Below, one piece after another: positions 1 through 13,400 of a stretch of 64,000 nucleotides of DNA (position 1 is its first letter; every line of letters begins with the position of its first letter). The position numbers and the translations under genes are program-made. The stretch comes from Octopus vulgaris (Eukaryota). The DNA lies in contig OX597824.1 in NCBI GenBank assembly GCA_951406725.2, positions 50,654,001-50,718,000 of the forward strand, written 5' to 3'. The notes under the pieces are model-generated. The model was given only the letters and a program-made list of their open reading frames with translations. It was not told the origin of the DNA and did no database searches.

Positions 1-639
1 GAAGGCTCATCTCTACTGAGAAAAATAGCGACTCCTTCATTTAACAATTTCATAATTATATAACTTATATTAGTTGTACTTTGATAGGAGTTTTAAAGAA
101 TTTGTCGGTCAGCAAGCAGTTTCAAATTTGAATGTAAAATAAATTATGCTAGCAATTAAAAAACTGGCTATTCTATCTTATCTTATACGACTCAAGTTTA
201 GCACTAGATGAGACTCACTGACAAACAATATACACAAATTCGGAGCCCATTTTCCAACAGGTGTGTGTAAGTGAGTCGATATAGCATTAAATATTATCTC
301 AACAATTAATAATCTAATACTTCATCCCATAAAACATTTCACACGCAAATAAAACATTAAATTTCCCGTCCTTTTTCAACTCAGCACAATGTCCATCTGA
401 AATCTCTGTGCACAAGGTGTCCTTGTATCTGTTGACCTACTTAGTTTAAACTGAGCATTAAGAAGCTCGTTAGCGCCAGAGAGCCTCCAAAAATCATGGG
501 TAATAGTGCTTCCTCCAAACTCAACTAATACACACTCACACACGCATGTACATACACACATACACACAAAAACACATGCACACACAAATACATCGTCTCC
601 CCCCATATATATGTGTATGTATGTGTGTATCTGATGGCT

Positions 640-760
640 TAGATAGCTGCAACTTCGAAGTCACTGTCAGTACTATTATTAAAGAATAATAAACTGGTAC
701 TCTACAAAAGTTTGGAGTAACCATTCAAATCGCTTTTATTATAATTGAATATAAAAAATA
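640..760. repeat. Dispersed repeat fragment, homologous to 25230-25420
   Basis: AAAGAATAATAAACTGGTACTCTACAAAAGTTTGGAGTAACC matches AAAGAATAATAAATGTGTACTCTACAAAAGTATAGAGTAACC near 25334. The flanking CTTCGAAGT and ATTATAATTGAA are also shared. Confidence 0.6.
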
Positions 761-772
761 GACAATGATATA

Positions 773-1881
773 TCTCTCTATATATAAACGGCAGTTTGTC
801 TGTCTGTGTGTCTGTATGTCTGTCAGGTTGTACCCTCACCCTGACCACGGCTTTCAACCGATTCTGATGAAACTTGACACACACATAGCCCAATGTCATA
901 ATTCAAAACTAACGCAGCGAAAATTTTGAAAAGTTCCCCCTGTTCTGAAAAAGAATCGATAAATTCGACATGGGGTCGAGAATCTAAGCTTTATAGATGC
1001 AACACATTTTCTGTTGTAGTTTTCGCAACTTGCAATCGAATTTCACCAAACTCATGACGTTAGTTTTCCATGCAATACCTTACCATCAGAAAAAAATCGA
1101 TAAAACCATGCCATTTTGGGAAACCGCGTTTAAATTCAAGATGACATATTTTCGACAATATCTTTCACAAATTGGCAGGAATTTTTTTTGAAATTCACAG
1201 CGAGCATCATGTCTGCTCCAAGGAGCTATATGGCCCTTTTTATTCCAATAGGATACTTTATTACTGGAAAAAAATCGGTTAATTAAATCATATGTGGCAC
1301 ACATAGCAAACCGATTTGTGTATTAAACACAAACCAATTCGACCTTTTTAACTCTCGGAATACGTGGGGTAAGTATCCCAAAATGTATAAAAATGTACAA
1401 ATACGGCAAAAAAGCGGACAGCAATGTGAGTGACAACAACGAAAAAGTCAAAAGTGACCAAACTGAACAAACGAATGGAAAAGGTTTTTTGGTGCACACG
1501 ACAAAAGCGGTTTATAATAAACCAAGAGTTTGCAAGTAGCGTCCGAGGACCCTTAGGGTACGTCAAAAATTTAAGGTAAAACGTTTGGGGTGGTAGTTAT
1601 GAAGAAAGTTTAAACAAAAAAGTATTCGAATAACTTGCGGCTGCATCAGCTATAAGCAGAAGTGGCGGTGTTGGGGGTAAAGTCTCGAATGTAATTTCTT
1701 CTTGGTAGGAATTGGTTGGGTTGAATTATCGATAGCTGTTTGAAAGTTATTTGGGAGTGAAGAGAAGACATTGCAACCTACACATGCGCCTTCGTTCCCT
1801 AGAGGGAAAGGACTAGATTGGGATTAGCCGTTGCCTACTAGGGGCTCTTACATACCCGGGCAACGCCGGGCTATGCTGCTA

Positions 1882-1882
<1 letters not shown>
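773..1882 (+). mobile_element. Non-autonomous Helitron (about 1.1 kb)
   Basis: The 5' end TC (TCTCTCTATATATAAA) follows an A. A 3' GC hairpin CCCGG-GCAACG-CCGGG (1855-1870) is followed by CTAG (1879-1882) and then T. This is insertion between A and T with no TSD. Both ends resemble those of 44819-45214. Confidence 0.85.
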
Positions 1883-1923
<41 letters not shown>

Positions 1924-2089
1924 TGTATTGTATTGCTCATATTCAGTCCACTGCAGGATGGAGACCTTAGCGTGTTCTCTCCACCAGAGCATGGCTTGAG
2001 ATCATACTAGTTTGATGAGTCTACTCTGCCATATAGGCTCCACATGGATTGGCACAGGGGTTCAATTTTTTTATACTCATACCTAGAAG

Positions 2090-2259
2090 TACTTAAGTCG
2101 ATTACATCGACCCTAGTGTTCAACTGGTACTTTTTTAATCAACCCCGAATGGATGAAGGGCAAAGTCGACCTCGGTGGAATTTAAAGTACGAATATGAAG
2201 ACGGAGGAAATACCACCAAGCATTTCGCCCTGCGTGCTAACTACTCTTCAAGCTCGCCT
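2090..2259 (-). mobile_element. tRNA-derived SINE, group B
   Basis: The minus strand reads GGCGAGCTTGAAGAGTAGTTAGCACGCAGGGCGAAATGCT...AAATTCCACCGAGGTCGACTTTGCCC...GGGTCGATGTAATCGACTT, homologous to copies at 10438-11203, 40146 and 44022-44811. Confidence 0.75.
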
Positions 2260-2260
2260 T

Positions 2261-2686
2261 ATTCTTTTACTTGCTTCAATCAATTGACTGTGGCAATGCT
2301 GGAGTACCGCCTTAAAGGGTTTTCGTCGAAGAAATCAACCCTAGGACTTATTCTTTGTAAGCCTAGTGTTTATTCTATGGATATCTTTTGCCGAATGGCT
2401 AAGTTACGAGGACATAAACACATCAAGATCGGCAGTCAAGCGATGGTGGGGTGGGGGGGACAAACACAGACACACACACATACACACAAACACACACATA
2501 CACATACACATATATATATACATATACGACGGAATTCTCTCAGTTTCCGTCTACCAAATCCACTCATAAGGCTTTGGTCTGCCCGTGGCTCTAGTAGAAA
2601 GCACTTGCCCAAGGTGTCACGCAGTGGGACTGAATCCGGAACCATGGGCTTGTGAAGTAAGCTCCTTACCATACAGCCACGCGTGC
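2261..2686 (-). mobile_element. tRNA-derived SINE, group A (internal CA/TA microsatellite)
   Basis: Colinear with 6152-6572: A-box-like TGGCTGTATGGT and B-box-like GGATTCAGTCCC on the minus strand, and a shared tail seen on + as ...GCTGGAGTACCGCC. Confidence 0.85.
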
Positions 2687-2752
2687 GTGTGCCTAATATA
2701 TTCACAGACTTCCGAACCGAGAGACAATAACAACGTATGTGTGTTAGAGTGC

Positions 2753-2814
<62 letters not shown>

Positions 2815-2943
2815 ATATATTGTGGCTGCCCCCTCGGTGCTTGGTGGAGTTGCCGGTTTAGTCGCCGACGACCCGACCATGCAACATGTTGTACTGGGTT
2901 ACATTTTACCAGTAGTACTCAAAAGTGACTTGACATAATATGA

Positions 2944-3001
<58 letters not shown>

Positions 3002-3277
3002 CAGTGTGTGTGTGTTTGTATATATGTATGTATGTCCGTATGTATGTGCGTGTGTGTGTGTATCTATGTATGTATAAATTTGAATGCATATACGATTCGT
3101 ACGTATGCATGTATACTTCTATGCGTTTGTGTTTGCCAGCGTGTGATACATGAATTGGCTATTTTACCCTATAAATATCAAGTGCTCGCCATTGGTCGTA
3201 ATGTAGCTAGGTAACAAATGATGTCTTCTCCTTCACTTCCTACTATGCCCAAAAATAGCCGTGCGGATGTGCACTAT

Positions 3278-3324
<47 letters not shown>

Positions 3325-3983
3325 TGTTTTCGCAAACGAAACTAACTAACCAAACGGGCACGCATGCACTTAAGTCCTCATTTCATGTGCTTTGGTCATC
3401 TGTTTACTTGGTTGTGCATTGTGCATAAATCATCGATTATTCATGCCAATAGACGAAAGGTTAAAGTTCAAAACAAATTGACCCCTAATAACATGACATA
3501 TGATGCACCGAGTTGTCAACTAGTGCACTTTACTGCAAGGAAATGCAGTATCCATTGACCAATATCACATCACATAAATGTCTTCGGTTCAGTTGCAGCC
3601 TTTAGACAATTCCGCCATGATTTCACCGCTGGGCTTTCCCCGTCAGTCAACGAGACCTTATTTTAGGAGAAAGCATGGCAAACCTTTCGATGGAGACATA
3701 TTTTATTGTTGTCCAGATTCCGATCAGCTCTGATTAAATAAATATATCAAAAGCGCCCCAACCGTGACAATCACAAATTAAAAGTTTCTTTACAGAGACG
3801 CTACAACATTATCAAATTCATGTATTTCTCTTCTTAGAGATAGAAGAGAGTGATTTGAGGTAGATTTCACTGCTATTTTTAGCTGATTCAGTGACCACGT
3901 ATAGGATCCCTCAACGCGTCTCTGTCTATAAAGTAATTAATTCCTCAAAATATAATGCCAGAATCATAATTAATTATGTATCT

Positions 3984-4505
3984 TATTCTTGTTTCAGTCA
4001 TTTGTTTGTAGCCATCCTCGGGCACCGTCTTGAAAAAGTTATATGTCATATGTCAAATAGATCAACACCAATACTCGCTTTGTTTAAAGTCTGGTACTGA
4101 TTCTAACGGTCTTTTTTGTCGAACCTCTAAGTTACGGGGATGCAAGCACTCCAACATCGATTGTCAAGCGCTGATGGGGGATAAATACACACACAAATAA
4201 ACACAGGCACACACATCATACACGCGCAGGCACACACAGAAATACACGCACACATAGACACACAAACACATACACACTCAGCGGCATACACAAAAACTCG
4301 CACGCACACACACACACACACACATACATGCACACACACATGCACACACATTTCTTTTAGTTTCTCTCTACCAAATCCACTCTCAAGATTTGAACCACCC
4401 GAGGCTATAGCAGAAGACCCTTGCCTAAGATGTCACGTAGTGGGATTGATCCCAGAATCATGGGGTTAGGAAGAGAAATTCTTAGTTTTTACCACACAGC
4501 CACTG
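3984..4505 (-). mobile_element. SINE group A, diverged copy
   Basis: TTGTTTCAGTCATTTG...CTACCAAATCCACTCTCAAG...ACCACACAGCCAC is colinear with 6152-6572. Confidence 0.8.
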
Positions 4506-4542
4506 TTATTTCCTTTTGCTATAATCGGCATTGTCTTCGCTG

Positions 4543-4549
4543 TCATCAC

Positions 4550-4590
<41 letters not shown>

Positions 4591-4591
4591 A

Positions 4592-4640
<49 letters not shown>

Positions 4641-4673
4641 GTCGTCGTCAGCGTCGTCGTCGTCATCATCATC
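4543..4673. repeat. (CAT)n/(CGT)n trinucleotide microsatellite
   Basis: Seen directly; explains the poly-H, poly-M and poly-D ORFs. Confidence 0.95.
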
Positions 4674-5148
4674 ACTCTTTTCTCTTTCTAATCGTTGACT
4701 TTTATTCTGTAAGTACACACTTGTACACACATACATACATATTGGCACAAATGATCTACAAGTACAAGCAAACATACACGTATACACACAGACGCACGCA
4801 CGCACACGCACACACACGCACGCACACACATACAAACATAAATACAAACAGGCATAGGCGTGTATGCTAGTGTATGTGCGTATGTGTGTGTGAGTGTGTG
4901 AGTCAGTATGCCTATGTGAGCATTTCTTTGAATGCGTGTGCGTGTGCGTGTGGATATATACATGTGTGTCTGTTTTCATATTAAAAGGCCATTGAAAGGG
5001 AATAAATTTTATTTCACTATTTATATAAGATTTTATTACAGCCATTTTATGAGTATTGGGGAAGTATATTCGGGATGTATGAATCTTATATATCTACGCA
5101 TACATACACACAATCATACATACATATATACATACATACATACATACA

Positions 5149-5213
<65 letters not shown>

Positions 5214-5315
5214 TTGTGTACACATATATGATTATATATATATATGTTTATACACACAAATATATACATACATACATAAATAAACATATATACATACATA
5301 CATCCATACTTACAT

Positions 5316-5372
<57 letters not shown>

Positions 5373-5580
5373 TGTATACAGTTACATCGTAGAAGATTCG
5401 TGCAGGCCGATGAAAAGCAAACACAAATGTTATATTCAATTATCGTTCATATCTCATATGTAAAAATGTCGTCGCACTTCTGTGACCTATTAAATATGAC
5501 ACTCTTCTACGAGACAATTTGCAACTCTGAGGTACACGCACATTCACACGGATACACATATACGCGAGTATATATGTATG

Positions 5581-5655
<75 letters not shown>

Positions 5656-5954
5656 TAGGCATTTTTCTCTCTGTTTCTTTATTTCCTCACACACACACAT
5701 GCATACCTACAGTAGAAAGCACCTAATTGTATGCGTGTAAGATGTCCTCTAATATCAGTAGCACGTAACTCGTGTATATTAGGCCGAAATGGTTAATTTT
5801 ATTTTAGATTTTCTCTCGAAATGGTCTTCGTAGTGACGTCGATGTCCATTGAAACATATTTACAGAGGGTTGCAAAAACATAATTTATTTATATAAATAT
5901 ACATACACTCATGCATACATTTTTGTGTATTTATTGATGTATATATGCTTACAC

Positions 5955-6045
<91 letters not shown>

Positions 6046-6063
6046 CATCTATCTATCTATCTA

Positions 6064-6151
<88 letters not shown>

Positions 6152-6153
<2 letters not shown>

Positions 6154-6572
6154 TTACTCTTTTACTCTCTTACTTGTTTCAGTCATTTGACTGCGGCCAT
6201 GCTGGAGCACCGCCTTTAATCGAGCAATTCGACCCCGGGACTTATTCTTTGTAAGCCCAGTACTTATTCTATCGGTCTCTTTTGCCGAACCGCTAAGTGA
6301 CGGGGACGTAAACACACCAGCATCGGTTATCAAGCGATGTTGGGGGGACAAACACAGACACACAAACACACATACACACACACATATATATATATATATA
6401 CATACATATATACGACAGGCTTCTTTCAGTTTCCGTCTACCAAATCCACTCACAAGGCATTGGTCGGCCCGGGGCTATAGTAGAAGACACTTGCCCAAGA
6501 TGCCACGCAGTGGGACTGAACCTGGAACCATGTGGTTGGTTAGCAAGCTACTTACCACACAGCCACTCCTGC
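6152..6572 (-). mobile_element. SINE group A, near full-length copy
   Basis: The minus strand begins GCAGGAGTGGCTGTGTGGTAAGTAGCTTGC...CCAGGTTCAGTCCCACTGCGTGGCA (tRNA-like A and B boxes). It has an internal (TA)(TG) tract and an AGAGTAA-like repeated tail. Nearly identical to 23418-23829 and 55741-56164. Resembles described octopus tRNA-derived SINEs; family name not verified. Confidence 0.92.
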
Positions 6573-6641
6573 TGAGTGAGTATACTTAATTATCCATACA
6601 CACACACACACACACACACATATAAATATATACGTATATAT

Positions 6642-6697
<56 letters not shown>

Positions 6698-6780
6698 TAA
6701 CAAAAAAAGTGTTCGATGAACGGGAACGTGAAACTCTGAGTAACAGTTTCTGTTATATTTTCTGCTACTTTTAAATAAAG
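6698..6780 (+). mobile_element. PLE-like terminal fragment with degenerate hammerhead (family of 50423-50651)
   Basis: TCGATGA-ACG GGAA CGT-GAAA-CTC T GAG-TA-ACAG followed by TTTTCTGCTACTTTTAAATAAAG, matching 50585-50651. Flanked by (TA)n. Confidence 0.7.
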
Positions 6781-6804
6781 TATATACATATATATACATA
6801 TATA

Positions 6805-6838
<34 letters not shown>

Positions 6839-6849
6839 TACACATAATA

Positions 6850-6918
<69 letters not shown>

Positions 6919-6936
6919 ATATGTATATATATATAT

Positions 6937-6981
<45 letters not shown>

Positions 6982-6992
6982 TCGATAGATAT

Positions 6993-7041
<49 letters not shown>

Positions 7042-7879
7042 CAGATAGATAGATATCAACATATGAATGAATGTGTGTAAATTTAATTATGGCCACGTAT
7101 GTTTCTATAGAATTATAAGTATATGCTTATACACGTTTTTAACGACTGACACATATCACCCACACGTACACACACACATATGCACACATACACACACATA
7201 CACACATACATGTACTCACACACAAGCGCATGCACGTAATCATACAAACGCACACGCATATACACACATATAATGAGACACGTGGGCATAAATCGATTTG
7301 TTATATTTATACGCAAAACATTGATCTGTTCAGATATAAATGCACATACATAGATATATACAGACATACATATTCAAGCATGTACATTATATATATATAT
7401 AGATATATACTTATATTTCCACACATATTCACACAGACACACATGTGTACACCCGCACACATACACACAGATACACAGACACAAGACACACGTTCGTGTG
7501 GTTGTCGTCGTAAATCAAAAACGTTCTCACAATAGAACCATAAACGGGAGAGAAAGTTTAGTGTATGGACCTCGCGGGAATAGATCCCACATCATCACTG
7601 ATTAATACTTAAATCAATAACCATTAGGCTGCTGACCGTTCCAAGGTTATCCGTCTCTTATTAGAACATAAAAAAAAAAACAATGTCTATACTTAACATT
7701 GTCACTTCGTGTTAAGAGGCCACTTCGATGGAAATCTAGTAAACTGTTGATAACTGCCCACTCCTACACTAGCTGCTAACTTGAATGACTATAACATATC
7801 GTTGTGGCAAGCGATTTATGGTGATTATACAAAAACACAAACGTCTGTATGCAAGTAGGTATGCGTGTAGCTATATATA

Positions 7880-8025
7880 CGAGGGTGAGTCAAAAAGTAA
7901 TACCATTTTGTTTAGGACAGGTATAATTACCAATACAGGAACATGTATCATACATCAAAATGAAGCTGGTCCTCTGTGGATCACATTCCTACTTCTCAAC
8001 ATAGTCATCGTATCTCTCAATAGCA
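7880..8025. mobile_element. Mariner-like DNA transposon end (single TIR)
   Basis: TA followed by CGAGGGTGAGTCAAAAAGT, typical of mariner TIR starts. No partner TIR or transposase ORF was seen. Confidence 0.55.
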
Positions 8026-8253
8026 ATATTCAGGAAATCTAACGGAGGCCTCAAAAGACATTTTAATATCCACAAAGTTCAGAACTTAATTGCAGCTCTT
8101 GGTGGTCCAAAGCAGATATGCAATTTATGTGGGTGTCTTTCAAAATGTCTAGTTTATAAAGCCACATCAGACGCCATGATAGATCTAAAGTGTAAGTACA
8201 AGAGGTAGTCAGACTCGACTCCTCTTAAGGAATAGATAACTACCATATATATT

Positions 8254-8336
<83 letters not shown>

Positions 8337-8906
8337 GTGTGTGTGTATGATATACGAATGAGTGGACAAATGAAAGAAGTGGCACTTAACGCATTTCGTA
8401 GAAAGTTATATAATGTTTGATTCGACTTAACTGATTCGATTCAGTAGGCTCGGAGCCTGACGTGATAGTTCATTTGACGAGTCCTACGAAACTTATAAAG
8501 TGCCGAATCAACCCGTTATTAAATACTATTTACACGCATACATACTCATATATACATACATACAGCGAATTAATGCTCTGGTACCCTGACTATGAATTCT
8601 CACTTGTACCTATCATTATACAAGCATTAAGTTATAAATTTACGCAAGAAATTTACGAAATATCCTACAAATACAGGGATTCTCCAAATCCAGTCAATTA
8701 GTGGACAGTGAATATTTGTAAGACATTCCAAAAATTCTTCATATGAGATTCTTACGTGAATACTTGCACACACTTGGGTGGATGCATAGACAGTTCAACA
8801 AACACAGCAACTCAACCACAACGCAAAAAGTCTTGTTGCTTTGTTAGCGACCGGCTTGAACTCTCCCAAAAACTTAAATAAAACTCAAAGAAATATTATA
8901 CATACA

Positions 8907-8997
<91 letters not shown>

Positions 8998-9557
8998 ACA
9001 TACATACATACATAAATCTCACAGGATGCGAATACACTACATATACGCATGTATGAAGGTATGTATGTACAAATATATGAATATATGTATACATGCACCT
9101 ATGTATACACGCACTTGCGAATGGTTGTTAGTATGTTATGTATAGATGGATGAAGGGGTGGAATTACAGGCGTATACGCTATGTTAGATTATGTATGCAT
9201 AACACACACGCACACACTACATACAATCACACAATCACAGAGATTGAGAGAAGTAGTTATGTTACAACCTCAAATATCCATCGAAATCCTTCATTTCGAA
9301 TATCAATAGAAACATGGATTTGAAAGTCTCAAGTCCCAGAATGCACTTGCCTGCTTCCATGGAAACTGTTTGAGTGTGAATCTGAGCCGAGTGATCTTAA
9401 CTTGATTTTTGCATCTTAGCCCGGAGCGAAGCAATTGATTCGGTTAACTGTTTGTCAATAGCTGTTGCTTTTATTATTGGATGTATATGTTGTTCAAATA
9501 ATATTGAGCTGGGGTACAGCAATACAGATATCTCTTGTATATCCATACAATGCCCTC

Positions 9558-9598
<41 letters not shown>

Positions 9599-10076
9599 CA
9601 CATAAATATGTGTTTGTGTGTGAGTGCATATGAGCATGCACATGCATGAATGTATTTATGCAAGCAAATATGTATGATTACATGTATGTGCGTACATATA
9701 CACATATACGCATACACGTATATGCATACGTACGTATACGCATATATATACACATACACACACAATGTCTGTTAAGTTAAAATGCCAAGGATTCAATATT
9801 GGTTATATAGTAAAATATAGATTTGATCCGGACTTCATGTTTATTCAGCCAGCTGTGTACATACACATACACACGTACGTGTGTGTATGTGTATATATAT
9901 ATATATGTATCATGATCATGGCCGGATTTGAACTCAAGAGTGCAAAGAGCAGTATGCTAAAAAGTTGTTGCCTCATTCTTATTACACCTTTGAAACACTT
10001 CTTACTTCTTTCGCGATATATGTGTGGTGTGTCTGTCTATCTGTCTGTGTATGTGTTATAGATGCACACACACACA

Positions 10077-10133
<57 letters not shown>

Positions 10134-10437
10134 CAGAACTAATGCTTAAAAGAGCGGTAGTTATAGGTGGTGATGGTCATGTGGGTTTCAGCAATGCGTA
10201 AGTAATAGAAGTGGATCGGTGGACTTGTTGAATGGTGGAAATGTAGAGAACCAAGTGGTTCAAACGTATGCGATTGAGAAGAGGAGGAGGAGAAAGAGGA
10301 GGAGGTTAGCAAGGAGGGGTGTTGATAGAACAGAATGATGATGATGATGATAATGATGACGGTGATAATAATGAGGCTGATGAGGGCTATGATCAGGCTA
10401 CTACAACACCAGCTACTTCAACTTAAATTACAGGTCT

Positions 10438-11203
10438 CATAATAATGGTTTCAAATTTTGGCATGAAGCAGCAATTTTGAGAGAAGAGCATTAGTTGATT
10501 ATACCCACCCCTAGTGTTCAGCTGGTACTAATTTTATCGAAGTAGACCTCTGCGGTATTTGAACTCAAAACGTAACAACCAGAAGAAATGTAGTAAAGCA
10601 TTTTGTCAGGCGCGGTAAGGATTCTGCCATCTCGCCGCCAAAAACAAGTCTTATAATAATTCTTTCCACTTTAGGCATTAAGCCTGAAATTTTGTGGGGA
10701 AGGGTCTAGTCGATTAAAATGATCCTAATGTTGAACTGTTATTTTATTTTATCGACCCCGAGGGAAAGAAAGACAAAGGCAAATTCGGCAGAAAATGAAC
10801 TCAGAACGTAAAGACAGACAAAAGCATTTTGTCCGGTGTGCTAACGATTCTTCCAGTTCACCGTCTTAAAACAAGTCTAATAATGGTTTCAAATTTTGGC
10901 ACAAGGCCAGGAATTTCAAGGGAGGGGGTAAGTCGATTACATCAACCTCAGTACTTATTTTATCGACCTCGAAAAAATGAAAGGCAAAGTCGACCTCAGC
11001 AGAATTTGAACTTAGAATGTAAAGACGGAAGAAGTATTGCTAAGCATATTGTCCGGTGTGTTAACGATTCTTCCTGCTCACCGTCTTAAAACAAGTCGAC
11101 CTCAGCAGAATTTGAACTTAGAATGTAAAGACGGAAGAAGTATTGCTAAGCATATTGTCCGGTGTGTTAACGATTCTTCCTGCTCACCGTCTTAAAACAA
11201 GTC
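10438..11203 (-). mobile_element. Head-to-tail array of group B SINEs (3 copies plus a partial duplicate)
   Basis: Units at about 10438-10640, 10655-10866 and 10880-11087, plus a 106-bp duplicate at 11093-11198. Each has GAA(T/A)TTGAACT(C/T)A and an A(A/G)GATTC or AACGATTC head motif on +. Confidence 0.8.
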
Positions 11204-11649
11204 TTATGGGAAAACCCCAACGCGTTCTCATGTTCATCATGAATCTGCGGTCAAATTTTTATCAAATACTCCCGTCTCTTGTTAAGAATTGTTAAACATA
11301 CAAGATAAACTAATACTTAATATTCCAGAAACAAAAGGAAGCAAGCCACGGCAACATGGTGGTCAACTGATAAATTATCAACTGGAAGAAATATTCTTTC
11401 AGCACGTGCAGCCTTTTGTGAATGAATGACAGTGGCTATGAATCTGAACAAAGCCTGTCCTAAAAGCCCAACTTTGCAAAATCTAAAATATAGTTACACA
11501 AACTTTGATAGCATGATTTACAGATACTTCAGAAAAATACGCGACTTTTATCATAGTCTTCTCCCTTCCGAATGTCACGGGTCTGTACAGAATATATTTG
11601 GAAGAAAATAAAAATGAACGCATTACGCTCACAATTTTGTAAATCATGA

Positions 11650-13400
11650 TACAAAACATTTAAAAATTTTGCAGTACAACATTGACAGCATTAAAATCAC
11701 TCTTGTAGAATTAAACGACTTGAAAACACCACAGACAATATTCAAAAGGCAATTCCGGAAACATTCTTGCTACCACATCTTGAGCATTACAAATAACTCA
11801 AATCAGACTAGGCAGACACTTTCTTAACCGAGATCATATGATTACATATATAAAAAAAACATGCATTCAATGTACAGGTGTCACAAGTGATACTTGTGAA
11901 CTACTGGGAAACGACATGATATTACACATGACTTTTAAAGTAAATCCTTCAATATTAATCAATAATGAATACACGCACACATATATTTATATATTCCACC
12001 ACCGATCTCACCAACCGGTCCTACAGTATTTCGACCCTAACTATAACACCTTAGTAGTGCTTAATCCCTCTTGATTTTCAGAATAGGTAACACAATAGCA
12101 TCCCATTTACTCCTCATCCCTTTGATATATCAAACTGCACCAAGGCACGTACACAATCAGGCTAACTAGAATAAATCACTTTTAGGCATTACATTCTACA
12201 CTCCATATCCATTTACCTACCATGTGGCAAACATTTCGCCAACATTTCTGATATCATCTAGAAATTATTATCACAACACCATCGTACATGAATGAAGAAA
12301 GTACGAACACTTATACAAACTTCACAAACGACTTCCATCACTAGCCAATCAAGGCACTAATACCTCAACAAATCACAATAAACAACACAAGCTCTCAGAT
12401 ACAATACAGTCAACAAAATATTCACGGATTCATCAAAAAGACATCTCACGCAAGTTACATAAAGAATGCAATCCCGATTACATACTGTTAGTAGCTAATC
12501 ATAAAACGCCAGAGACAACATATAAGCTAATCATAAAACATCGGGCACAAAACTCCAAAACCAAATGAAACGGAAATAACGCTCATTGTCAAACAAAAAA
12601 GAAATAAAAATAACAGAAAAACAGAAAAACAAGGAAATGACAGACGTTTATATCCAGCAATTTGCAACAGCATAAAAGAAAAAAAAATACTCAACGCTTA
12701 TCAAACCATCTCCCATGTCACGATATCAATCTCAAATACTTTGGTTACACTACAATGCTAAACAAACGCCGGTGGACATTTCTCTAAAATCAGCGACCAA
12801 AAACAGCATCAAGAAGACAAATACAACACAGAAAAGGCACACCCTTGATGTAGACTACGATTTATGATCTACCTTTCTTAGACGTCCGAAAGCAATAGGG
12901 AAACCAAAAGCCTCATGGCCAGACGAAATCACAAATTTGCACACAAAACATCAACAGCTTGAAGGAATCACTGCATCCACCGAGTATTCGTTCTAACTCA
13001 TTCACATTTTCATAATCTAGAAGGAAAACTATAATTCTAAATCTCCAGAATATCAAAAAAAAGTATTCATTACCCTCCTAAGCACACCCTAGAACATTCT
13101 AGAAAGGTAAATTCTTGACGTAATCAACAGTTCTTTCACAATACGATTTAAGACCACTATATTTTGACCACTATATACATCCATATTTAGCTTTGTGACC
13201 TAAAAAAGAATATTCTAATTAAACGATAAAGATAGGACAAGCATTCTATCATTAAACTTCTGGGAATCAATTTTGATATTTAGTTCGCATAATTTCCCTA
13301 TTATGTCACAAGAGATTTAGAACAGCTATGATTTCGGTGGCAAAAAGCTACTATTGGGTCTTTAGATGGTAAAACCTCTGATGAATTAACCCCTTTATAC
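11650..13400 (+). mobile_element. Decayed LINE ORF2 (APE endonuclease + reverse transcriptase), I/Jockey-group-like
   Basis: Manual translation across frameshifts and stops gives, in the expected order: HLKILQYNIDSIK..VEL (about 11657) and KAIPETFL (about 11747), both APE N-terminal motifs; LNRDHMITYIKK; KASWPDEITNLHTKH (about 12908, GPD motif); ITLLSTP*NILER*ILD (about 13069, RPISLL..KILER motif); QYDLRP (about 13139, QHGFR motif). Confidence 0.8.

Noticed and set aside
860-876. CTGATGAAAC in the first Helitron
   Set aside because: There is no room for stem II; it is part of the Helitron 5' subterminal sequence.
2044-2655. 203-aa ORF, and similar ORFs at 6154, 23598, 35949 and 55888
   Set aside because: They run through SINE bodies; the recurring peptides (RLPNPLTR, PKVPRSGTEPGTM) are SINE sequence.
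6500-6572. tRNA genes at SINE heads (also 36330-36399)
   Set aside because: A and B boxes are present, but there is no complete cloverleaf and each continues into a SINE body.
8474-8505. TTGACGA-GTCCTAC-GAAACTTATAAAGTG hammerhead-like motif
   Set aside because: C3 is missing, position 17 is G and stem I does not pair; at best a dead remnant.
10438-11203. CRISPR-like repeat-spacer appearance
   Set aside because: Eukaryotic context; the 'spacers' are homologous SINE copies and there are no cas genes.
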